This document shows, piece after piece, positions 1 through 13,084 of a DNA stretch of 64,000 nucleotides. The stretch lies in NCBI GenBank assembly GCA_964304625.1, contig OZ199838.1, positions 4,737,354 to 4,801,353 of the forward strand, read 5' to 3'. The translations under genes and the position numbers were made by a program. Under the pieces are notes generated by a model, which saw only the letters and a list, made by a program, of their open reading frames with translations, searched no databases and had not been told where the DNA came from. The first letter of the stretch is position 1, and each line of letters begins with the position of its first letter. Source of the stretch: Kudoa neothunni (Eukaryota; Animalia; Cnidaria).

Positions 1-41
1 TCGTAGCACGCTTTTGAATTATTTTACACCCCAACATTGTA

Positions 42-290
42 TTAATTTTTAATAGTGGACTTACGCTGTATCAGCTGTTCATAAAAATGAGCCATCTTAT
101 CCAAATTTAACATGTATTCCGGATTATATTTTGACAAAATATCTGAAAAATTTCCCATCCATCGATAAATATATTTAAAATCAGCGCTCCCCTCCGTGCA
201 ATTAGAGTTTTCGGACCGTAACGCCTTCTGCAATTATTAAAATAACTTTCGCTTCCTTTGAAATCTTTTATTCAAATATCTTTGACAATA
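42..290 (-). pseudogene. Decayed Tigger/pogo-type DDE transposase fragment, cut by the window edge
   Basis: ORF 42..233 reads 'DILSKYNPEYMLNLDKMAHFY', resembling the Tigger 'Y.PE.I.N.DETGLFY' motif; no termini found. Confidence 0.4.
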
Positions 291-587
291 ATACAAGATT
301 TTCCGATCATCAAAAAAATAGATAATAATTTTTTTCTCGCATTAAGACTACCCAATTGTAAGGATTATTTTAATATCTTTATATTTTCGGGGTTTATATA
401 TTTTTCGAGATTTTAAAATGTTTGAATCTATGGTTTTATTTTGTTTAAAAACCTTCTATAAAGACTTAAGTAATCTATTTTAAATTATCGAAGAATATTG
501 AAGTTAATATAATTCGGTAAACCGAAACCTTTTACAGTAATACCATGAGTCCCGCGTGTAGAGTTTAAAAATTATAGTAATCAATTA

Positions 588-2548
588 CAGTCAGTGACCG
601 GTTTTACGTACTTTTAAATATCACATTTATTTTACAAATTATATCATGAACAAGTAAATAATATATTTACTAACACATTTATTTATAAATTTCAATGAAA
701 AAACTTTATATGCACCTAAATTTTGCAATCAAAATATCACGTGATTCACAAATTTTACGCATCTTTTCTGACCAAATTGGTTTATAGTTTTCATAAAAGT
801 GACGTAAATGGCTAATAAAAATAAATCTAAGAATAAAACAATTGAAGAGAAATATAAAATTATTAAATATTTTCATGGAATCACCTCAAGAAGTGCGAAG
901 GTTGCTACTATAAAACATTTTAATATATCAACAATATCCACTCTTAATGGTATTTTAAAAAATGAAGAGAAAATTATAGACATGTTTGAGGGGGGATTGG
1001 TTTGTAAAAATAGGAAAAATCTAAATGATGGCACCAATATTTCCCTCGATGAATGTGTCTATAATTGGATATACTGGGTGCGATCAAAAAAAATTGAATT
1101 AACTGCCACCGACATCAGTGATAAGAGAAACGAAATTGCCAGAGAAAAGAATTTACCATCAAATGCAACATACGGTTGGTTTCGATGTTTTAAGTCGAGA
1201 TTTAATCTCAAAAAAATAAATTTCCATGGCGAAGCGGCTGACATTGACCCATGTACAAGTTCTGAATGGCTTTCTCAACTCAAAAACTTATGTGAAGGAT
1301 ATAGTGATGATTGTATCTATAATATAGATGAAACCGCGTTGTTTTATCAGCAACAACGAGGTATATTTTTTCATTTGTCATACTTGCATATTTTATATAA
1401 GTAAAAGTTATGTAAGCTCCATAGAAAGTCATACAAAAGGAACAAGAAAGTTTAAAAAACGAATAACCGTTTTGTTCGGTGCATCACTGAGCGGAGAAAA
1501 ACTTGAACCTTTGGTTATTGGACCTAGTCGAAAGCCCAGATGCTTTAAAAATATAAATAGCCTTCCAGTTTTATATGAATCCAACAAGAAGTCTTGGATG
1601 ACTAGTGAAATCTTCCTAAGATATCTAACTAAAATCAATTCTATTTTCACGAAAAAAAATAAAAATGTTCTAATTTTTTTAGATAATGCAACCTCTCACC
1701 AAAAAAAACTATTCAGTAACATAAAGCTGATCTTTTTACCCCAAAATACCACTAGTTTATTGCAACCCCTAGATCAAGGGATTATTCACTCATTCAAATG
1801 TGCATATAAGAGGAAAATGATCAAAAAATATATTTCATGTATTGAGGTGGGACTAGAACCAACTCCACCAACCATTTTAGATGCGATGATGTTGATTAAA
1901 CAAGCGTGGGAATGTGTAAGCGTATCCACCATCATAAATTGCTTTCAGAAAGCTGGGTTTTCATCTCGACAAACGGTCCCTGTCAAAACTAACAGCATTT
2001 TGATATCACCCGACAAAGAGTTTATTGAAATATGTGACACAACTCATCCAAATATATTACAAGAAGAAATTGAGGATATGATTGCCGACGAAGCTTCAAT
2101 AGAGAATATCAATATGGTCCAAACTCTATATTCTGAAAAATTCGATGAGTCTTCAGCTTCAGGTGATAAATTTTCGAGTTTATATATATTAACTTTATGT
2201 AGAGAATGATGATTATAGTGATGAAGCGAATTGTGAAAAAATTGATATTTTGGAAAGAAATCCAATATCATGTCAGAAGGCTTTAGTTTATTTGAAGGAG
2301 TTAAAAATATTCTACAAATTTCATAAAGATGATCGATCAGCCATCTTAGCTTCGTTAGAAGAAGATACAATCAACATAATTTCAAGAAACCTTACTCAAT
2401 CAAAAATAACTGATTACTTCCATTTAAAAAAGGATTAAACACTATACTATCCCAAATTGGTGCATTCTAATTACGTTATTTAATAAACAATTGAATATTT
2501 TCATTCTGGTGCGCGCGCATAAAAGTACGTAAAACCGGTCACTGACTG
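588..2548 (+). mobile_element. Full-length Tigger/pogo (Tc1-mariner superfamily) DNA transposon
   Basis: 29-bp perfect TIR CAGTCAGTGACCGGTTTTACGTACTTTTA at 588-616 and its reverse complement at 2520-2548; TA duplicated at 586-587 and 2549-2550; encloses the transposase. Confidence 0.95.
808..2438 (+). CDS. Tigger/pogo transposase (CENP-B HTH + DDE_1); exons 808-1360, 1402-2162, 2203-2438; 1 nt short just before intron 1
   Basis: Motifs GWFRCFKSR, YNIDETALFY, FLDNATSH, LQPLDQGII and C-terminal PIP-box-like QSKITDYF. GT-AG introns at 1361-1401 (41 nt) and 2163-2202 (40 nt, in frame). The first junction needs +1 nt (CAA C[C]G AG|T = QPSKSY). Confidence 0.85.
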
Positions 2549-5076
2549 TATTTGTATTATATTCTCTTTAGTTATTTGAGAGCTTACAATGCTTTTTATT
2601 GTGCATGCATATTATTAAAGGGATTAAAATCAAAAAATGAGTTACGCATTAGCGAGACATAAGGCTTTTCCTAATTTGTTTGATATCCGCTTGTTAAATT
2701 TTTTTTGTATAATTATCTATTTAGGAATACTGAATTAAAGCACATAATGCCAATAAAGTTAAATTACGCAGTATCGAGTCACAATTGTATGTAGTTTTTA
2801 CATGTAGAGACATTTTAAAGTTGTGACAAAAATAGAGTTAATAAGATTTGAGTTGATATTTTATACTAAAGTTAAATATTTCTTAACAAATTCGCATTAA
2901 GAAAACCCTCCCTCATATGCGCGCGCACAAATAATAGACATGATGAAGTATTTATAATCAAATAAAAATACTAAATTATATATATGTATTTATATATTCA
3001 AGTCGCCTGTTATATATTTTGGAGATTGTTTCTAAATACATAGTATCAACCATGATTGAGACAAATATTTTTAAGATACTTTGATTTGCCATTATATCTG
3101 AAATTATTATTCGAGTTTGAATTGTATAACCAAATATTTACATCGCTCTCCATCAGAGTTTGAGTTTCTGACAATTTTTCAACTAAGACTATTATGATTC
3201 CAGAGTGAGATTGTTCGAATCGAGCAAGAAAGTGACTGTGAAATATTTCGACAGAATTTGAAAATGAGACCTATGTTTTCTATTATTCCTTCGTAGGATT
3301 TCCATTGAATAGGCTCATACTAGGAATTTTTAATAAAATTTTTGTCAAAATACTCTATGAACGAGGAGGCTAGACTTGCATACAATGGGAGCCATGTTTA
3401 ATGGACTTGAAATTTTTCGAAGCTACAAGGAATAAAATTTTATACTTATGGGTTTTGTATCATATTTTGTCTAAAAGTTTTAATTAGTAGTGAGTTAATG
3501 TTAAATTCATTCGTTCTTATTTATGATAACCGCATGATCCTACGACTTTCAAAATTTTCAAATAAATTTATGAGCAAAATCTAATGAAACAATAAACCAA
3601 GTCTAAATTTTTCAAGAGTCACAGTTTGGTCACTCTTATTTTATCAACTGCTTTATGGAAGGATCATTCGAGAAGGAATTAGCTTTAAGATTTTCAAATT
3701 CGTTTTCCGCTTTATCAGAGGGCAAAAATGTTAGCGACGTGAAACATTCAATAAAAAGACGTAAACCAAGGTTATCTCGATATTTAGAAGCCAACCCAAG
3801 TTTTTGGATTTTTGACCATATAAATTTAACAAAGTGAAAAAGCCCAAAATATATTAGAGGTACTTAACGATTTTTTTAAAGGTATTCATGGAGGAATTTT
3901 CGAACAACGTTAAGATTAAACAACGACACGTTAAATTAGATGATGTTTGTACACGTGTGCATATATGCAAGTTTTCGTCATATCGTAAGCAGCAGTCTCA
4001 TATAAATTAGAGTTTCCAACCATTTTCCATTGCGTCCCGTTTTTTCTAAAAAAAGTTCCGTGCCCTACATTTTTCAAAATTATCAATTTTTTATCTTAAC
4101 CTGCTCATAACTTTCGATCAAACTTCCTATCACATTAAAATTCAAACGGAAACAATATATACCGCATTTCTCGTTAAAATTAAAATATATTCGATCATAT
4201 CTAACTAAATTTATCGATGGATCTTAAAAATTAATATTTTTAGTTCTTCACTCCGCCAAAAACAGCGCGAAGTAAAAATCATGGTAATCCAACCCACATA
4301 GGCGAGACATCCGAGTATACTGTTATCATAAACAGAGAATAATTAATTAATATTATATTACTTTAAATCAAAAGCTGGAAAGATCACAATTATAAATGCG
4401 ACATGATTGGAATTAAGGTCTTTCCGATTCTATTGGGCGAAAAAACCACCTTAAATGTTATTATTTATTTGTATATAACTAATCATTGCTTTTAGTATTT
4501 TTTAATGATATTCATAGTCAATTAGAAATTAGCTATATCAAAAAATTGAATCATTGGTTTCAATCTGTGGCGCACTGCCCAATTATCTAACTATTATCCA
4601 TGTCCCACCAGTGGGGCGTAGGCTCCACGTTAGGAAACACGGATATAAATCATTTGTTTATTAAAAATTTGAAATTCAAGTCTTTGTAAGTTTTAATTGC
4701 AAAAATCGCCGAAAGCAAATTCGGGCCGTGTTGAAAGTGCAATATTGGTAGTTATCTTATCTCAAGGTAAAATCTCTTTCTATTGAATTGTGGCAGTATA
4801 TTTACTGATTAAAATTAAATATAACATAATTTTTTTAATAACATTATTAAATACAATGATCACCTATTTTTTAAATTATTAGTTTATTTAAAATATAACA
4901 TACGCATTGAGATAGTAGTATATTCAGAATTTGCATCAAGATCAAAAGACATTTCATTTAAATATAATAAAAACTGTTTTAGTTGCGATAAAATATGATT
5001 ATTTTGACTCAATCGAATATAATCCGCGAATTAACACAAATTGAGTAATATCTGTATTCAGATTGACGAGATTTAA

Positions 5077-6021
5077 CCCTCGAACACCTGAGGAGAAAGG
5101 TTACTCGAATACCTGGTGGTGGCCACCGTGTTCACATGCAAAAACGCATTAGAACAATAAAACTCATTTCATTTAAGGTTAAGGACATAATTATTTACGT
5201 TATTTATTACACTTTGAAATATAATACATTTGATATAAATTAATAAATGATGCATTTTTGTGACGTTTATTTGTGCAAGTGCGTAGAACAGAAATAACTA
5301 TGCCTGTATATACTTTGAATAGCGTGAAAAATTAGAAATATATTGTTTTTATTATTGCCTCACTTTCCACATTCTCTTTTTATTATTATTATTATTCTCA
5401 TAATCCATGATTTTATTATGGAATCTCCTCCTATGTTGACAGAAATATGTTAAATATATAAATTCGTATTTTATAAATTGAAATTTGGCATTATAAATTA
5501 ATTTATAAGGAATAAATATATATATATATATATATCCTAGGGATTTTCAGATTATGAATTTTTGAGTTATGATAAGACGGTCTAAATTAAACTTCAAACA
5601 ACTATATTTAACTTGCTATTTTTTGTTGTTATGTAATTTAACATAATTATTATAATAGGCGCGATTCACATGCCAGATTAAATTAGTTAACAGAATCAAG
5701 TTGTTTATAGAAACGAAAGAATTTATTTAAAAAATTCCTAGCTTCAAAGCACATTTATAATTTTTATTTGACGGCAGAAAAGCTTCTTTATATATTTTAA
5801 CTTTTTAAACGTTTTATTTATTTGGTGGGCATGCTCAGATATGTGTGAACTTTTTTCTTTGTTTGATTAAACGAAAAAATTTAACGTGAATCTTTATTAT
5901 GTAAGTATATTTGAAAGCACCATTATATTATAAAATACACGTGGGTAAAAGAGTAAATATGATATTTTGTAAAGTTATGGGTATAATAAGCGCTGATTGC
6001 CTACCTCCAGGTATTCGAAGG
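5077..6021. mobile_element. Non-autonomous piggyBac-like element (MITE)
   Basis: TTAA|CCCTCGAACACCTG ... CAGGTATTCGAAGG|TTAA (12/14 TIR match), with an internal repeat TCGAATACCTGG at ~5105; no ORF. Confidence 0.75.
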
Positions 6022-7266
6022 TTAATATAATTGATCGTCATAATGAAATCAAGATTATAATCTTCATTTTATTAATACAATATCACTAAAAACCGGACAG
6101 ATAATATTGCATTGTTGGTTTTGTGGGAAAAATTTATTTTCTGCCACCTTATACATGCTAAAATCTCATAAAGTTATTTACGGGTTAACCCAATTATGCA
6201 GGCGCAACCATAATGCCCATGAACAGTAACATAACATCTTTCAAATGTGACACTAAGTTATTAATGCATAGATTTAATGTGATAAATATTTATGAGATAA
6301 TTTGAAAATTTTTCAGGTGATCCCAACTTATTATATTATCTAGAATTAGATAGTTGATGTATTATCAATATGTATGATCGGCTAGTATTGAACACCCAAC
6401 CATCATCCTCCAGCTGATGTTGTCAGGATATTCTCTGATTAAGTGCCTATAAAAACAATTCAGATTAATCTCACACCCTATTGAAAACCCCGAATTCATT
6501 AATAGACAATGAGCATGCGTTTATTGTTCGGGGGATGATAGGTGTGTGAACTATAGACACTGGTTGATGTTAATTTCTCATAAATTAAACTGCAAAATAT
6601 ATCTAATTAGGATTATTTAAGTAACTTCGCATAAGTAAATTACGATAATTTGATCGGATGATAACACAGACTATTGTTTTGAGTTGGTATGGAATTTAAA
6701 ACTTGGTGCTAAATATATCCGTCGTATAATTCCTCTTTTCAGCAATACCACCAAATCATTACACAGGGCATAATGAATTGTTTCACCTAATTTTATTTCT
6801 ATGCGGCATTCAAAAATCGGAAATTAATTAATTTAAAAAGGGTTTCAATGAACTTAAATCAATAAATGAACCAAAAGAAATACGAAATCTCGTACGGATA
6901 TTACAAATTAAGTTGATTGACACCTAAAATTGATAATGGTTCATTAGGATTGAAGAATGATGGGTGTTTAGCATGCTCGAAATTTTTTATTTTTCACAAC
7001 CCATATTCACGGAATAACGGCCAAAACCCTAATTTATTGGCCCAAATTAATTTATAATAATTATTAAAGTAAATTAAATCAATATAAACGAGGCATTTAG
7101 GTGTAATACTTTGAATGGATTAGGCTGAACAACATTGAAGTATTAGCTGAGTGTTCTTCCTGCGCATCGGCAATTGCACAAGGCTGTTGACGGATCAGGC
7201 GTTGTTCAAGTTGACAATTGTTTGATTCGAATAAAAGAATACTACCAGTAAATAAAATTATATGAA

Positions 7267-9886
7267 ATGAGTGAGCCGGCAGTAGAAAAAAGAAAACTGT
7301 CAAAGAACGTAACAAGGGCAAATTCAGTGATTGATAGCATCAAGTTGGGCGCTTTTAAAGGTATAACAGTCCCTGCTTCCTATCTGCGAGCTATACCCAA
7401 TTATCTGCAAAAAACCCTGCGTTCTAAAAAATATCCCAATGGTCAATCGGTGGTGTTGAAACACGACGAAAATGAGCTGCATATTCGTCGACGCGGATTT
7501 GAGGATAAACTTTTGATTGATCTGGATGGTATTAATACTATTACTGGAATATTTGAGTAATTGATATATAATTCGCATCTTTGCTAACATTAATTTTTTA
7601 GTGAATGTGTCAAAAAATACACACACAAGCATTTTGTTGGATCAAGAGTTATCATTAAAAAAGACACTACTCAAACCGATGACGGCAAAACTGTTACCAA
7701 ACTCACTCTAGGACATTATGAGTGGGAAAGTTATGGTGAAATATGGTCGAAAATTCAGTGTTATTGTGCATTTTTGCGCAGTCTTAAAATTGATCCATCC
7801 AAAAATATAACCATATGGGCTGATACTTGTTCCGAATGGTTGTGTATTTGTTTGGCTTTAATGTATATGAAAATTCCCGTTGTAACGGTGTATTCTACGT
7901 TGGTTGATGAAGCTATATTACATGCACTTAATCTCACCCAAACCTACGGCGTATTTGTTGATTTGAAAGCCTACACAAGACTGTTTAAGTTACTGCCCAG
8001 GATACCGTCTGTTAGAAAATTATTTTTGGTTGGCGCATTCACGGAAAATGACCTGGAAAATTTTCCGGATAATGTTAGGAAACCCGTTCTATTCGATGTG
8101 AAAGAAGGGCTAAATCCGCGCCAAAATTGGCCAAGAATGTGTTACGCTCACAGAGAATTTCTAAAAATCTTAAAAATGCTCCTATGTTTTTTTCGATTGA
8201 TGTCGATGCTAATGATGATAATTGCCGTGATTCGGAGCTCACACATAATGGTAATCCTATAGAGAATGAAATAAGAGATTCAGCATGCGAGAATCAAATT
8301 GCTGAGAATAATGATGATAATATGAACAGCAACGAAAATCCCGAAAATGTTGCTGTTGCCGCTACTGTTACTAATGCAGTTAGCCCTGATGTAACCTCGT
8401 CTCGTAACAGCAGGCAGTCCAATCCCAATTATTATATTAATGCCGATACAGTTGATGATCCCAATGACACTATTATCAGATGTTTTCATTTAAGTCAATT
8501 TATGGTTGATGGACGACGTTATCTCAAACACCAACCCTTAGAGTTTGAAACCGTCGACAAGGATGATCTCGCTCTCATTATGTTTACCAGCGGTTCAAGT
8601 GGTATACCCAAGGGTGTAAAGATACAACACAAATCTATAATAGCAACACTTGGCTCGTCGTCGTACAATCGAAATCACTGGTTTGATTCAATCTATCCAG
8701 CCTATTTACCGTTAGCTCATATATTTGAGTTTATTGCCGAAATGTCAGTTGCAGCCAATGGAGGTGCTATTGGTTATTGTAGTCCATTGACCTTGACCGA
8801 TACCTCACCAATGGTAGCTCCTGGAACCAGGGGTGATTTGGCCGAATTGCGACCTACCGTGGGAACGTTTGTTCCTTTGCTTTTGGAAAGAATCAAGAAA
8901 AATGTGATTGAAAAAGTTAGTCAACGTGGAAATTTTGCCTCCTCTGTCCTTGACTATAGTGTTAGTCACACCAGAAAAATGCGAAGAGTTAGTTCTGGTG
9001 CGCCTGTGGTGGAAAAATTAGCTTTCTCAAAGATTAGAAGCATTCTTGGGGGAAATTTTAGATGGGCTGTTTGTGGTGGTGCTCCACTCTCCCCACTTAC
9101 CCAAGATTTCGCTAATATTGCTTTCGGCTTCCCAATTGTTCAAGGTTATGGTCTAACTGAAACATGTGCCAGTGGTACCTATGGCGACCATGAAGATTTT
9201 AGTGTTGGCAATACTGGACCACCTATTCATTGCGCTGAAATAAAATTGATACGTTGGGAGGAAGGTGGCTACTCTCCAAGGACGAACCTAACCCTAGAGG
9301 TGAAATTGTTATTGGTGGCGAATGCGTCTCAATGGGTTATTATAAAAACGAAGAGGCAACTGCAGAATCGTTCTACGTGGATCCTGAAACTAATCAACGC
9401 TGGTTCAAAACCTCTGACATTGGCGAATTTTGTAAGAATGGCACCATCAAAATTATTGATAGAAAAAAAGACATTATCAAACTTAAACATGGCGAATATA
9501 TTTCGCTTGTTCTTGTGGAAACTATCGCCCAAGAAAGTCGATATGTTGAACTTTGTTGCGCTCTACCAAATAACGACCATGGTTTTGTTGTGCTGCTTAT
9601 GATGCCAAGTCGGGTTGCTCTCCAATCCAATATTTCGACATTAAATCCGGATATGGATCCAAAATGCTCCGTTGAAGACATTATGAAAGATCCGACGGTA
9701 TGTGAAGCTGTGTATTCGGATATTTTATCAAAATTCTCCGGATCGACTCATTCCAAATTTGAAATACCTAAAAAAATCTTGATTGTTGATGATATTTGGA
9801 CACCTGAAACCGGTCTTCTGACTCCTTCGATGAAAGTCAGACGTACTGAAATGAAAAAATTTTATTTTGATATACTTAACATATAA
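7267..9886 (+). CDS. ACSL4: Long-chain-fatty-acid--CoA ligase, ACSL3/ACSL4-like; one intron (7557-7601) and two -1 frameshifts (~8083-8135 and ~9276-9279)
   Basis: AMP-binding P-loop IMFTSGSSGIPKG plus YLPLAHIFE, QGYGLTET, NPRGEIVIGG, WFKTSDIGEF, IIDRKKDIIKLKHGEYISL and WTPETGLLTPSMKVRR, spread over ORFs in three frames. The 45-nt GT-AG intron joins exon 1 in frame. ACSL3 versus ACSL4 cannot be resolved. Confidence 0.9.
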
Positions 9887-10530
9887 ACACGATTGGTATT
9901 GATCATCGCAGAGCTTTTTCGTATTCTTTCGATCTATTTGTTTGCTACTTGGAAGCGTTTCTTGATAATTTTTTTAATGGGATCAACCAGTTCTTTTAGC
10001 GTAAGGGTTTTTTTAATTGGCGCTATTGAATTGAATTTTAAAATTTAACCCTTTCAGTCCCATTGTTCTCTTTAGTGAATAAACGATGATTTCGATCAAT
10101 ACATGTTGCCTTTTACTAGTTGGAGGTTAAAAATAAAATTTAATAAATAATTTGATTTAATCTTTGTTTTTATTTATATTTTATCATATTTGAAAAAGGA
10201 TGCGTTTAGATCGGGGGATACTTTTCCTAAATGCGGATTAAAAAATCCTAACTGTATTCTTAAAATAAAGGCTCCTCGTCTTTTATAAATAAATATTATT
10301 AAAAAATACGTAGTATAGATATTTATTTTTGGTTCGTGTTATCAAATGTTCACGTTAATTATTTAATTATTGCAAAAAATATCGTTTAAATAACACGTGT
10401 TCATTATAATGGACAACGGGCGATTATGGTATAAAAAGTTCGGATTAGAATGGATCACGATTTAGCTTTAAATAAATCAAATGCAGGTAAAACTGGATTA
10501 GAAATTATGGCTGTTCCAGACGCCGATATA

Positions 10531-11875
10531 CAGTATTTCACGACCAACATGCAAACATGGCGCATATCTATTAAAATATTAAACTTTCTTTTAAAAATGT
10601 CAATTAAACTTTAAACAAAGCTATGTAACGCTGAAATAACAGGGAATGATTAAATTTTATTCATATATATTTTTTACTTCTAATTGTTAATTTCTTCTTT
10701 GTGCAAGAAGGCCGAGAAATAAGATTTTGAATGCTTTACATAATTCGCACAGTTCGCTTCTGTTATTTCTTCTGGGCTTTTTCTAATACATTCGAGCAGC
10801 TCTGAATGAGTTTTGGGTCCCATCCGTTTCACAATGGATTTAAGTTGTCCAAATACTTCCTCAATCGGATTAAGGAACAGCGAATAAGGTGGTAACAGCA
10901 ACAATTTATGGGGGCTGTTTTCAATCAATGCTTTTACACTTTCGGTTTTGTGGAATGCCACGTTATCCATTATTAAAATGGCTTTTTCTATTGAATTTTC
11001 TTCCAAATTTTCGAAAAGATCCGTTAAAAATGAGGAAAAAACAATTTGGTTTACACCGCCTGTGTGAGTTTTAAATTCCCAAATTTTTTTACTGCCCATG
11101 GCTGCTATTAGCGTAATGTTTTGGGATCTAATGGATTTCACTTTTAAATTTGATCTAGTTCCTATAAGTGATCTGCCTTGAGAACGTCGAATTGCCAGAG
11201 AAAACCCAGATTCGTCAATAAATAGAATTTCAGAATATTCTGGCTCCAGGCGGATATATTCGTTCACATAACTAAGAAGATCATACCCCAGTTATAATGA
11301 TTAATTTTATACTCGTATCTTAATGAAATAGTCCTAAGGGAATTCCTGGCCGCTGGTACTAATGATATTTTTTTCAGGGTATAGTGAAATTCATTCAGAA
11401 CCCTGAAGATGGTTTGTAGAGAAACCCGAATGGAGTATTTCTCGAAGACCCTTTCGGATAATTGTTTAAGGGATAGCGTACAATTGTCATCCAATTAATT
11501 AATAATAAATTCTTTTTGATCAGCGTTCAATAATGAATGGCGATCTCTACCTGTTGCTAGTCTTCCTTCTGACAATTCTACTTATCGTAGATTCGTGAAT
11601 GCCCAGAGACTCAGATATTTGACGGTTGGTCTTCCCATTCTGAATGACTTTAGAAATTATATCAAAATATGAATACTTGGAGTTGTTGAAAAATCTTTTC
11701 CCCATCTTTCTTATTAACAATTTCGTATTTTCTTATTTTATTAATAATTTCTGGTTCAACAGGCATATCTGAATCTTAATTCTTAAAAACTGACTAGCGC
11801 GCGTCATGTTTGCATCTTGATTGGAAAAGTTTGCTTCTTGGTTGGAAAAATTTTCATCTTGGTCGTGAAATACTG
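10531..11875 (-). mobile_element. Tc1/IS630-like DD34E transposon
   Basis: TIR CAGTATTTCACGACCAA at 10531-10547 and reverse complement at 11859-11875; TA on both sides; two extra ~21-bp subterminal repeats at the right end. Confidence 0.9.
10680..11706 (-). pseudogene. Tc1-type DD34E transposase with a 41-nt intron (11272-11312); 5' part disrupted
   Basis: LFIDESGF, ILIMDNVAFHK and LPPYSLFLNPIEE with 34 residues between D and E. HTH region in ORF 11264..11494 joins in frame after removal of GTATAA...CTTAG. Stops and shifts upstream; start position approximate. Confidence 0.8.
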
Positions 11876-13084
11876 TATCAAATCCCCCAGTTTATTCTGA
11901 TGATGAAATTGGGGCCAAATTTTCACACAGCCTGAATATTTATGTACTAACTCATCGGGCGATCTTGAACTTATAGATGATGAAAATAACTTTAAATGGG
12001 TTAAAAAAGGTCCCTGAATAAAGTTGCCTGAAGATGTCAACTTGATAAATGACTTTAAGGAGGATGATACTCTAATTGAGTAGATTGATTACTTCAAATT
12101 TTTCCTCAACAATGAATTACTCGAAATGATACCCCACAAACCGAATATTTATGCAACTCAGCTTGGTTAAACCTTTCTTACAGATGTTGAAGAAATTCAA
12201 AGATGTATTGGAGTTTTGATTTTAATGGGAATTGTTAGGATGCCTTGTTATCGCTTCTACTGAAGCAGGTCACTGGATTATCTCCCTATTTCGAATACAT
12301 TTTCAAGAAATCGTTTTCAGCGAATATATAAGTTTTTGCTTTTTTGTATCAACAATAAAACAATAAAGGATCACGAATAACGCCATTTTGATCGTTTTGC
12401 AAAAATCAGGCCTTTTTTAGATCGTCTTAGAACTTCTTGCTTAAGCTTTAAGGTTTTTTTAGATTTTTATATCTCCGTACGTACTTTTTCTGAGTATGTT
12501 TAATACATAGGTTAATGTAATGTTTCATTGTGTTTATGATTATTGAATTTATTAAGCACTGTGATGACACTATTTCGTATAACACATACTTCGTTGTTGC
12601 ATAATTTAGTAGCGAAATAAACTGAGGTCAGCATTTCATTATGATTTCTAGGTTCAAGATCTATTTTCCGTTTTCCTGAGTCGTTAGACATTTCTTCTTA
12701 CCTCTTTCAAAATATATAAAGTATAAAAACTAATTCGGCTACTAGAAAACAAGTAAACACTAAATTTATTACAAAACGTGTCACGTATGTAACAACGTAA
12801 TGATTAACTGACTTAAATAATTAAAATTTTATAATTTTTATGAAAAAATTGAATTATAAAAATAAATCGTTAAATATTACGATATATTTAACATATTCAA
12901 ACAATAACATTGTCCCGCAAATTACGAGAATGCGAGTTGTTCGCATTTTATGGTTAATTACAAATATTATCGTTATAATTAGGAATGAATTTAAGAGTTA
13001 TTCATGTAATACACCACTTTTAATAAAATTTATATGTGGACATATTAAAATAATCTATTAAAATAATTTGATATTTTGTTAACA

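Larger units (their letters stand above)
10049..12445 (+). mobile_element. Decayed, 3'-truncated piggyBac transposon, interrupted by a Tc1 element
   Basis: Left end TTAA|CCCTTTCAGTCCC at 10045-10061. Region 12080-12440 translates, with stops and shifts, to the piggyBac N-terminal motifs DYFKFFL, NIYATQ, IGVLILMGIVRMP, SRNRF and DRFAKIRPFLD. Confidence 0.7.

Noticed and set aside
3000-4050. Decayed transposase (MULE-like), with similar debris at ~26300-27600 and ~56100-56950
   Set aside because: Too degraded to assign motifs or termini reliably
6300-6810. Possible small spliced gene on the minus strand upstream of ACSL
   Set aside because: Exon-like pieces exist but I could not build a consistent start-to-stop model
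8079-8479. Intein in ACSL (the insert is followed by Cys)
   Set aside because: No N-terminal Cys/Ser, no terminal His-Asn, and low-complexity composition
9329-9681. Antisense and overlapping short ORFs within ACSL, and similar ones within GANAB, the transposases and USF
   Set aside because: Shadow ORFs expected from the codon structure of the real genes
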